This document shows positions 1 through 11,320 of a stretch of 64,000 nucleotides of DNA, in pieces. The notes under the pieces were generated by a model. It did no database searches and was not told the DNA's origin. It was given only the letters and a program-made list of their open reading frames with translations. Made by a program: the position numbers and the translations under genes. Source of the stretch: Squalus acanthias (lineage: Eukaryota); assembly GCA_030390025.1 (NCBI GenBank), contig CM059433.1:29886001-29950000 (forward strand), given 5' to 3'. The first letter of the stretch is position 1. Every line of letters starts with the position of its first letter.

Positions 1-129
1 CTCACCTCCACAGCGGATTTTCGATCCCTCTCACCCCCGCAGACCCACTGCTCGCCTCGTTGACCCTGGCGGGGTTTCCCGACATCGGGAAGCCTGCACT
101 TGCAGGGGTAAAATGGTGTTAAGCCTCTC

Positions 130-162
130 AACTGCCTGTTAACTACCTGTTAACAGGCAGTT
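130..162. repeat. Perfect 14-bp inverted repeat with 5-nt loop (present in each element A copy)
   Basis: AACTGCCTGTTAAC-TACCT-GTTAACAGGCAGTT. Confidence 0.97.
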
Positions 163-240
163 AATTGTCTGTAATCCCCTTCCCGCCTCGAGAAGATGGA
201 TCCATGCGTGAATCGGGGACCCGCCTCCCGAGAAGATGTC

Positions 241-313
241 ATGGAGGCGGGCTGTGAGCGGGGTTGGTACCCGCTCCCAATTTCTGCCATTTTCCTGGCA
301 ATCCCGCCTCCAT
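241..313. repeat. Nested inverted repeats (three-stem junction) in element A
   Basis: ATGGAGGCGGG/CCCGCCTCCAT (11 bp) encloses GAGCGGG/CCCGCTC (7 bp) and TGCCA/TGGCA (5 bp). Confidence 0.85.
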
Positions 314-786
314 ATCGGCCTCCCCAGGGCTGGGAAATTCCCCCCGAAGAATTATACCACAACAGAGAAAGATACAGCAACACAGAAATATACAACAAGA
401 CTGAAATATACCACAAAACAGAAATATACAACACAGAAATATACCACAACACAGAAATATACAACACAGAAATATACAACACAGAAATATACCACAACAC
501 AGAAATGTACAAAACAGAAATATACAACACAGAAATATACCACAACACAGAAATGTACTACACAGAAATATACAAGACTGAAATATACCACAACACAGAA
601 ATATACAACACAGAAATATACCACAACACAGAACTATACAACAACACAGAAATATACCACAACACAGAAATGAACAACAACACAGAAATATACCACAACA
701 CAGAAATATACCACAACACAGAACTATTCAACAAGACTGAAATATAGCACAACACAGAAATATACAACAACACAAAAATATACCAC

Positions 787-1153
787 CTCTCCACACTTGC
801 ACCAATGACTCACCTCCACAGCGGATTTTCGATCCCTCTCACCCCCGCAGACCCACTGCTCGCCTCGTTGACCCTGGCGGGGTTTCCCGACATTGGGAAG
901 CCTGCACTTGCAGGGGTAAAATGGTGTTAAGCCTCTCAACTGCCTGTTAACTACCTGTTAACAGGCAGTTAATTGTCTGTAATCCCCTTCCCGCCTCGAG
1001 AAGACGGATCCATGCGTGAATCGGGGACCCACCTCCCGAGAAGATGTCATGGAGGCGGGTTGTGAGCGGGGTTGGGACCCGCTCCCAATTTCTGCCATTT
1101 TCCTGGCAATCCCGCCTCCATATCGGCCTCCCCAGGGCTGGGAAATTCCCCCC
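787..1153. mobile_element. Element A copy 2: 367-bp GC-rich, hairpin-rich insert, probable one-ended fragment of a MITE
   Basis: Abrupt compositional switch from the satellite. The right end GGGAAATTCCCCCC (reverse complement GGGGGGAATTTCCC) resembles the element B TIR GGGGGGAAAATTCA. No matching left TIR is present. The repeat itself is certain; the transposon origin is inferred. Confidence 0.65.
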
Positions 1154-1594
1154 GAAGAATTATACCACAACAGAGAAAGATACAGCAACACAGAAATATA
1201 CAACAAGACTGAAATATACCACAAAACAGAAATATACAACACAGAAATATACCACAACACAGAAATATACAACACAGAAATATACAACACAGAAATATAC
1301 CACAACACAGAAATGTACAAAACAGAAATATACAACACAGAAATATACCACAACACAGAAATGTACTACACAGAAATATACAAGACTGAAATATACCACA
1401 ACACAGAAATATACAACACAGAAATATACCACAACACAGAACTATACAACAACACAGAAATATACCACAACACAGAAATGAACAACAACACAGAAATATA
1501 CCACAACACAGAAATATACCACAACACAGAACTATTCAACAAGACTGAAATATAGCACAACACAGAAATATACAACAACACAAAAATATACCAC

Positions 1595-1961
1595 CTCTCC
1601 ACACTTGCACCAATGACTCACCTCCACAGCGGATTTTCGATCCCTCTCACCCCCGCAGACCCACTGCTCGCCTCGTTGACCCTGGCGGGGTTTCCCGACA
1701 TCGGGAAGCCTGCACTTGCAGGGGTAAAATGGTGTTAAGCCTCTCAACTGCCTGTTAACTACCTGTTAACAGGCAGTTAATTGTCTGTAATCCCCTTCCC
1801 GCCTCGAGAAGACGGATCCATGCGTGAATCGGGGACCCACCTCCCGAGAAGATGTCATGGAGGCGGGTTGTGAGCGGGGTTGGGACCCGCTCCCAATTTC
1901 TGCCATTTTCCTGGCAATCCCGCCTCCATATCGGCCTCCCCAGGGCTGGGAAATTCCCCCC
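1595..1961. mobile_element. Element A copy 3
   Basis: 808 bp after copy 2; followed by the long (1237-type) satellite arm. Confidence 0.65.
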
Positions 1962-2831
1962 AAAGAAATATACCACAACAGAGAAAGATACAGCAACACA
2001 GAAATATACAACAAGACTGAAATATACCACAAAACAGAAATATACAACACAGAAATATACCACAACACAGAAATATACAACAACACAGAAATATACAACA
2101 ACAAAGAAATATACAACAACACTGAAATATACCACAACACAGAAATATATAACACAGAAATATACCACAACACAGAAATGTACAACACAGAAATATACAA
2201 CACAGAAATATACCACAACACAGAAATATACTACAACACAGAAATATACAACACAGAAATGTACAACACAGAAATGTACAACACAGAAATATACAACAAG
2301 ACTGAAATATACCACAACACAGAAATATACAACACAGAAATATACCACAACACAGAAATATACAACAACACAGAAATATACAACAACAAAGAAATATACA
2401 ACAATACTGAAATATACCACAACACAGAAATGTACAACAACACAGAAATATACAACAACACAGAAATATGCAACACAGAAATTTACAACAACACAGAAAT
2501 ATTAAACAACACCGAAATATACAACACTGGAATATGCCTGAAACCAGAGGTATATAACAACACAGAAAAATGCAACAATGCTGAAATATACAACAACACT
2601 AAAATATACAACACAGAAATATACCACAACACAGAAATATACAACACAGAACACTACCATCACACAGAAATATACAACACAGAAATATAGAACTACACAG
2701 AAATATACAACACAGAAATATACAATGCAGAAATATACCACAACACAGAAATATACCACAACACAGAACTATTCAACAAGACTGAAATATAGCACAACAC
2801 AGAAATATACAACAACACAAAAATATACCAC

Positions 2832-3198
2832 CTCTCCACACTTGCACCAATGACTCACCTCCACAGCGGATTTTCGATCCCTCTCACCCCCGCAGACCCA
2901 CTGCTCGCCTCGTTGACCCTGGCGGGGTTTCCCGACATCGGGAAGCCTGCACTTGCAGGGGTAAAATGGTGTTAAGCCTCTCAACTGCCTGTTAACTACC
3001 TGTTAACAGGCAGTTAATTGTCTGTAATCCCCTTCCCGCCTCGAGAAGACGGATCCATGCGTGAATCGGGGACCCACCTCCCGAGAAGATGTCATGGAGG
3101 CGGGTTGTGAGCGGGGTTGGGACCCGCTCCCAATTTCTGCCATTTTCCTGGCAATCCCGCCTCCATATCGGCCTCCCCAGGGCTGGGAAATTCCCCCC
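2832..3198. mobile_element. Element A copy 4
   Basis: 1237 bp after copy 3. Confidence 0.65.
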
Positions 3199-4289
3199 AA
3201 AGAAATATACCACAACAGAGAAAGATACAGCAACACAGAAATATACAACAAGACAGAAATATACCACAAAACAGAAATATACAACACAGAAATATACCAC
3301 AACACAGAAATATACAACAACACAGAAATATACAACAACAAAGAAATATACAACAACACTGAAATATACCACAACACAGAAATATATAACACAGAAATAT
3401 ACCACAACACAGAAATGTACAACACAGAAATATACAACACAGAAATATACCACAACACAGAAATATACTACAACACAGAAATATACAACACAGAAATGTA
3501 CAACACAGAAATGTACAACACAGAAATATACAACAAGACTGAAATATACCACAACACAGAAATATACAACACAGAAATATACCACAACACAGAAATATAC
3601 AACAACACAGAAATATACAACAACAAAGAAATATACAACAATACTGAAATATACCACAACACAGAAATGTACAACAACACAGAAATATACAACAACACAG
3701 AAATATGCAACACAGAAATTTACAACAACACAGAAATATTAAACAACACCGAAATATACAACACTGGAATATGCCTGAAACCAGAGGTATATAACAACAC
3801 AGAAAAATGCAACAATGCTGAAATATACAACAACACTAAAATATACAACACAGAAATATACCACAACACAGAAATATACAACACAGAACACTACCATCAC
3901 ACAGAAATATACAACACAGAAATATAGAACTACACAGAAATATACAACACAGAAATATACAATGCAGAAATATACCACAACACAGAAATATACAACAACA
4001 CAGAAATATACAACACAGAAATACAACATGGAAATATTCAACACAGAAATATACCACAACACAAAAATATACAACAACACAGTAATGTACAACAACACAG
4101 AAATATATAACAACACAGAAATATACAACAACACAGAAATGTACAACAACACAGAAATATATAACAACACAGAAATATACCACAACACAGAAATATACAA
4201 CAACGCAGAAATATACAACAACACTGAAATATACAACACAGAAATATACCACAACACAGAAATATACAACACAGAAATATACATCACAG

Positions 4290-4850
4290 AAATATACAAT
4301 ATAACAGAAACATTCAACACAGAAATATACAGCACAGAAATATACAACAGAGAAATATACAACATAGAAATATACCACAAAACAGAAATATACAACAACA
4401 CAGAAATTACCACAACACAGAAATATACATCACAGAAATATACAACACATTAATATACCAACACACAGAAATATACAGCAACACAGAAATATGCAACAAC
4501 ACAGAAATATACAAGAACACAGAAATATACAACACAGAAATATACAACACAGAAATATACAACACAGAAATATACATCACAGAAATATACAATATAACAG
4601 AAACATTCAACACAGAAATATACAGCACAGAAATATACAACAGAGAAATATACAACATAGAAATATACCACAAAACAGAAATATACAACAACACAGAAAT
4701 TACCACAACACAGAAATATACATCACAGAAATATACAACACATTAATATACCAACACACAGAAATATACAGCAACACAGAAATATGCAACAACACAGAAA
4801 TATACAAGAACACAGAAATATACAACACAGAAATATACAACACAGAAATA
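4290..4850 (+). repeat. 293-bp higher-order tandem duplication within the long satellite arm
   Basis: The landmarks AAACATTCAAC, GAAATTACCAC and ACATTAATATACC recur at a 293-bp offset (4450/4743). They recur again at 12572/12865, 20978/21271, 30115/30408 and 36321/36614. Ends are approximate. Confidence 0.85.
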
Positions 4851-5553
4851 TTCAGCAACACCGAAATGTATCAGAACACAGAAATATACAATGCAGAAAT
4901 ATACCACAACACAGAAATATACAGCAACAAAGAAATGAACACCACAGAAATATACCACAACACAAAAATATACAACAACACAGAAATGTACAACAACACA
5001 GAAATATATAACAACACAGATATATACAAGAACACAGAAATGTACCGCAACACTGAAATATACAACACAGAAATATAAAACAAAGAAATATACAACACAG
5101 AAATATACCACAACACAGAAAAATACAACAACACAGAAATATATCACAACACAGAAATATACAACAAGGCTGAAATATACAACAACACAGAAATATACAA
5201 CAACACAGAAATATACCACAACACAGAAATAAACAACACAGAAATATACCACACCACAACACAGAAATATTCCACACAGGCATGTACCACAACACAGAAA
5301 TATACAACAACACAGAAATATACCACAACACAGAAATATACAACACAGAAATATACAACAAAGAAATATACAACACAGAAATATACCACAACACAGAAAT
5401 ATACAACAACGCAGAAATATACAACAACACTGAAATATACAACACAGAAATATACCACAACACAGAAATATACAACACAGAACTCTACCATCACACAGAA
5501 ATATACAACACTGAAATATAGAACTACACAGAAATATACAACACATAAATATA

Positions 5554-6444
5554 GGGGGAGAAATTCAGTATCGCCCCATTTGGGGCGCAATTATCGGCCG
5601 GGCGCAAAGATTAGCGCCTGGCGTTAATTATCGCCACCGACTGCAAACTTGACTTTTATCGCCCCTGGAGGTGATTGGAGCACTAAATCAGGAGCTTCAC
5701 ACCTGCCTTAAGGCGCAAAGGCCGATGAGCGAGGCGCTACCTCAGAGCGCTGGCGAAGCTCATGTGATGTCAGTCAGCAATGGAACACACACACAATGGC
5801 ACCGGTCAGTTCTTAAAGGGGATGGTTGATCTTGCTTTCCATCCACATCCTGCTCATTGCAGCCTTGAATCCCGGCCTGGAGAGACCTGCACATCAAATC
5901 TGCTGGAAAGAACAATGGAGAGTACCAGGGAAAGAGCTTAGAGTGCAGCCCCAACAGTCTCTTCTAAATCGATACAAGGAATGGCAAATCAAAATGAACC
6001 TGCAAAGTGCTACTCAGTACCCAAAACTCCTTCACACAGCATTGAATCTCTCCAGAAGTCTCTCTCTCTCTCTCAGAATGCGTGGTTGAAAAATGGCACC
6101 AACGATAAAAGGCAGGAAGCGGTCGCCTTTAAATAGTGCTCCCCCAGTCCCTTCATGACTGCAAAACGCTCCCCTCAACCTGTCGTTGCTAGCGTCAGGC
6201 GGTAAGGCAGGGGGCGACACTCAATATCTGCTCCGGGACAATACCGGGGCGTTGCGCACTCGACTGACGTCATGATCTGCCGGCGCAGGAGATCGTGGCA
6301 GTAGTGTTTAGCGCCGCCGCAAAATGTCTAGTTAATTTCGCGAGGGGAGCAAACATCGCCGCGCCTGGGCGCTAGATGCTTTGCGCCCCATTAGCGCCCT
6401 CTTAAGGTGCTAACGGGAGGCGCAACCAACTGAATTTTCCCCCC
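5554..6444. mobile_element. Element B copy 1: 891-bp non-autonomous TIR DNA transposon (MITE), PIF/Harbinger-like
   Basis: Left end GGGGGAGAAATTCAGT (5554-5569) matches the reverse complement of the right end, GGGGGGAAAATTCAGT (6429-6444), at 14/16. ATA flanks both sides (5551-5553, 6445-6447). Subterminal inverted similarity links 5600-5623 and 6362-6388. There is no long ORF. The superfamily call is inferred from the 3-bp TSD and G-rich TIR. Confidence 0.85.
6059..6074 (+). repeat. (TC)8 microsatellite inside element B
   Basis: TCTCTCTCTCTCTCTC. B is 891 bp in all five copies, so the tract appears invariant. Confidence 0.9.
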
Positions 6445-6700
6445 ATACAATGCAGAAATATACCACAACACAAAAATATACAACAACACAGAAATGTACA
6501 ACAACACAGAAATATATAACAACACAGAAATATACAGGAACACAGAAATATACCACAACACAGAAATATACCACAACACAGAAATGAACAACAACACAGA
6601 AATATACCACAACACAGAAATATACCACAACACAGAACTATTCAACAAGACTGAAATATAGCACAACACAGAAATATACAACAACACAAAAATATACCAC

Positions 6701-9497
6701 CTCTCCACACTTGCACCCATGACTCACCTCCACAGCGGATTTTCGATCCCTCTCACCCCCGCAGACCCACTGCTCGCCTCGTTGACCCTGGCGGGGTTTC
6801 CCGACATCGGGAAGCCTGCACTTGCAGGGGTAAAATGGTGTTAAGCCTCTCAACTGCCTGTTAACTACCTGTTAACAGGCAGTTAATTGTCTGTAATCCC
6901 CTTCCCGCCTCGAGAAGATGGATCCATGCGTGAATCGGGGACCCGCCTCCCGAGAAGATGTCATGGAGGCGGGCTGTGAGCGGGGTTGGTACCCGCTCCC
7001 AATTTCTGCCATTTTCCTGGCAATCCCGCCTCCATATCGGCCTCCCCAGGGCTGGGAAATTCCCCCCGAAGAATTATACCACAACAGAGAAAGATACAGC
7101 AACACAGAAATATACAACAAGACTGAAATATACCACAAAACAGAAATATACAACACAGAAATATACCACAACACAGAAATATACAACACAGAAATATACA
7201 ACACAGAAATATACCACAACACAGAAATGTACAAAACAGAAATATACAACACAGAAATATACCACAACACAGAAATGTACTACACAGAAATATACAAGAC
7301 TGAAATATACCACAACACAGAAATATACAACACAGAAATATACCACAACACAGAACTATACAACAACACAGAAATATACCACAACACAGAAATGAACAAC
7401 AACACAGAAATATACCACAACACAGAAATATACCACAACACAGAACTATTCAACAAGACTGAAATATAGCACAACACAGAAATATACAACAACACAAAAA
7501 TATACCACCTCTCCACACTTGCACCAATGACTCACCTCCACAGCGGATTTTCGATCCCTCTCACCCCCGCAGACCCACTGCTCGCCTCGTTGACCCTGGC
7601 GGGGTTTCCCGACATTGGGAAGCCTGCACTTGCAGGGGTAAAATGGTGTTAAGCCTCTCAACTGCCTGTTAACTACCTGTTAACAGGCAGTTAATTGTCT
7701 GTAATCCCCTTCCCGCCTCGAGAAGACGGATCCATGCGTGAATCGGGGACCCACCTCCCGAGAAGATGTCATGGAGGCGGGTTGTGAGCGGGGTTGGGAC
7801 CCGCTCCCAATTTCTGCCATTTTCCTGGCAATCCCGCCTCCATATCGGCCTCCCCAGGGCTGGGAAATTCCCCCCGAAGAATTATACCACAACAGAGAAA
7901 GATACAGCAACACAGAAATATACAACAAGACTGAAATATACCACAAAACAGAAATATACAACACAGAAATATACCACAACACAGAAATATACAACACAGA
8001 AATATACAACACAGAAATATACCACAACACAGAAATGTACAAAACAGAAATATACAACACAGAAATATACCACAACACAGAAATATACAACAACACAGAA
8101 ATGTACAACAACACAGAAATATATAACAACACAGAAATATACAACACAGAAATATACCACAACACAGAACTATACAACAACACAGAAATATACCACAACA
8201 CAGAAATGAACAACAACACAGAAATATACCACAACACAGAAATATACCACAACACAGAACTATTCAACAAGACTGAAATATAGCACAACACAGAAATATA
8301 CAACAACACAAAAATATACCACCTCTCCACACTTGCACCAATGACTCACCTCCACAGCGGATTTTCGATCCCTCTCACCCCCGCAGACCCACTGCTCGCC
8401 TCGTTGACCCTGGCGGGGTTTCCCGACATTGGGAAGCCTGCACTTGCAGGGGTAAAATGGTGTTAAGCCTCTCAACTGCCTGTTAACTACCTGTTAACAG
8501 GCAGTTAATTGTCTGTAATCCCCTTCCCGCCTCGAGAAGACGGATCCATGCGTGAATCGGGGACCCACCTCCCGAGAAGATGTCATGGAGGCGGGTTGTG
8601 AGCGGGGTTGGGACCCGCTCCCAATTTCTGCCATTTTCCTGGCAATCCCGCCTCCATATCGGCCTCCCCAGGGCTGGGAAATTCCCCCCGAAGAATTATA
8701 CCACAACAGAGAAAGATACAGCAACACAGAAATATACAACAAGACTGAAATATACCACAAAACAGAAATATACAACACAGAAATATACCACAACACAGAA
8801 ATATACAACACAGAAATATACAACACAGAAATATACCACAACACAGAAATGTACAAAACAGAAATATACAACACAGAAATATACCACAACACAGAAATGT
8901 ACTACACAGAAATATACAAGACTGAAATATACCACAACACAGAAATATACAACACAGAAATATACCACAACACAGAACTATACAACAACACAGAAATATA
9001 CCACAACACAGAAATGAACAACAACACAGAAATATACCACAACACAGAAATATACCACAACACAGAACTATTCAACAAGACTGAAATATAGCACAACACA
9101 GAAATATACAACAACACAAAAATATACCACCTCTCCACACTTGCACCAATGACTCACCTCCACAGCGGATTTTCGATCCCTCTCACCCCCGCAGACCCAC
9201 TGCTCGCCTCGTTGACCCTGGCGGGGTTTCCCGACATCGGGAAGCCTGCACTTGCAGGGGTAAAATGGTGTTAAGCCTCTCAACTGCCTGTTAACTACCT
9301 GTTAACAGGCAGTTAATTGTCTGTAATCCCCTTCCCGCCTCGAGAAGACGGATCCATGCGTGAATCGGGGACCCACCTCCCGAGAAGATGTCATGGAGGC
9401 GGGTTGTGAGCGGGGTTGGGACCCGCTCCCAATTTCTGCCATTTTCCTGGCAATCCCGCCTCCATATCGGCCTCCCCAGGGCTGGGAAATTCCCCCC
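6701..9497. mobile_element. Element A copies 5-8 (6701-7067, 7509-7875, 8323-8689, 9131-9497) with intervening satellite
   Basis: Spacings 808, 814 and 808. Copy 5 is the GGTACC subtype that follows element B. Confidence 0.65.
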
Positions 9498-10953
9498 AAA
9501 GAAATATACCACAACAGAGAAAGATACAGCAACACAGAAATATACAACAAGACTGAAATATACCACAAAACAGAAATATACAACACAGAAATATACCACA
9601 ACACAGAAATATACAACAACACAGAAATATACAACAACAAAGAAATATACAACAACACTGAAATATACCACAACACAGAAATATATAACACAGAAATATA
9701 CCACAACACAGAAATGTACAACACAGAAATATACAACACAGAAATATACCACAACACAGAAATATACTACAACACAGAAATATACAACACAGAAATGTAC
9801 AACACAGAAATGTACAACACAGAAATATACAACAAGACTGAAATATACCACAACACAGAAATATACAACACAGAAATATACCACAACACAGAAATATACA
9901 ACAACACAGAAATATACAACAACAAAGAAATATACAACAATACTGAAATATACCACAACACAGAAATGTACAACAACACAGAAATATACAACAACACAGA
10001 AATATGCAACACAGAAATTTACAACAACACAGAAATATTAAACAACACCGAAATATACAACACTGGAATATGCCTGAAACCAGAGGTATATAACAACACA
10101 GAAAAATGCAACAATGCTGAAATATACAACAACACTAAAATATACAACACAGAAATATACCACAACACAGAAATATACAACACAGAACACTACCATCACA
10201 CAGAAATATACAACACAGAAATATAGAACTACACAGAAATATACAACACAGAAATATACAATGCAGAAATATACCACAACACAGAAATATACAACAACAC
10301 AGAAATATACAACACAGAAATACAACATGGAAATATTCAACACAGAAATATACCACAACACAAAAATATACAACAACACAGTAATGTACAACAACACAGA
10401 AATATATAACAACACAGAAATATACAACAACACAGAAATGTACAACAACACAGAAATATATAACAACACAGAAATATACCACAACACAGAAATATACAAC
10501 AACGCAGAAATATACAACAACACTGAAATATACAACACAGAAATATACCACAACACAGAAATATACAACACAGAAATATACATCACAGAAATATACAATA
10601 TAACAGAAACATTCAACACAGAAATATACAACACAGAAATATACAACACAGAAATATACCACAACACAGAAATGTACAAAACAGAAATATACAACACAGA
10701 AATATACCACAACACAGAAATGTACTACACAGAAATATACAAGACTGAAATATACCACAACACAGAAATATACAACACAGAAATATACCACAACACAGAA
10801 CTATACAACAACACAGAAATATACCACAACACAGAAATGAACAACAACACAGAAATATACCACAACACAGAAATATACCACAACACAGAACTATTCAACA
10901 AGACTGAAATATAGCACAACACAGAAATATACAACAACACAAAAATATACCAC

Positions 10954-11320
10954 CTCTCCACACTTGCACCAATGACTCACCTCCACAGCGGATTTTCGAT
11001 CCCTCTCACCCCCGCAGACCCACTGCTCGCCTCGTTGACCCTGGCGGGGTTTCCCGACATCGGGAAGCCTGCACTTGCAGGGGTAAAATGGTGTTAAGCC
11101 TCTCAACTGCCTGTTAACTACCTGTTAACAGGCAGTTAATTGTCTGTAATCCCCTTCCCGCCTCGAGAAGACGGATCCATGCGTGAATCGGGGACCCACC
11201 TCCCGAGAAGATGTCATGGAGGCGGGTTGTGAGCGGGGTTGGGACCCGCTCCCAATTTCTGCCATTTTCCTGGCAATCCCGCCTCCATATCGGCCTCCCC
11301 AGGGCTGGGAAATTCCCCCC
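10954..11320. mobile_element. Element A copy 9
   Basis: 1823 bp after copy 8 (chimeric arm). Confidence 0.65.

Larger units (their letters stand above)
1..345. mobile_element. Element A copy 1 (truncated by window edge; GGTACC subtype)
   Basis: Matches the 367-bp GC-rich insert and ends GGGAAATTCCCCCC. Carries the GATGGA/GGCTGT/GGTACC variants. Confidence 0.65.

Noticed and set aside
130..170. Rho-independent terminator
   Set aside because: There is no U-tract after the hairpin, no upstream gene and no evidence of prokaryotic origin.
787..1153. Element A as a tandem RNA gene (5S, tRNA, snRNA) or SINE
   Set aside because: No recognisable 5S, tRNA or U-snRNA sequence, no convincing Pol III A/B boxes and no poly(A) or simple-repeat tail were seen by eye. 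An Rfam search would be decisive.
787..1961. A copies as LTRs of a TRIM or retrozyme tandem array, or a Helitron end
   Set aside because: There are no TG...CA termini, primer-binding site or polypurine tract, no canonical hammerhead, and no CTRR 3' end next to a hairpin.
5826..6089. 87-aa ORF MILLSIH... and the 62-64 aa antisense ORFs in element B
   Set aside because: These are short, have non-ATG or weak starts, run through a TC microsatellite and show no recognisable transposase or Myb motif. A decayed transposon gene remnant cannot be excluded without tBLASTx/HMM searches.
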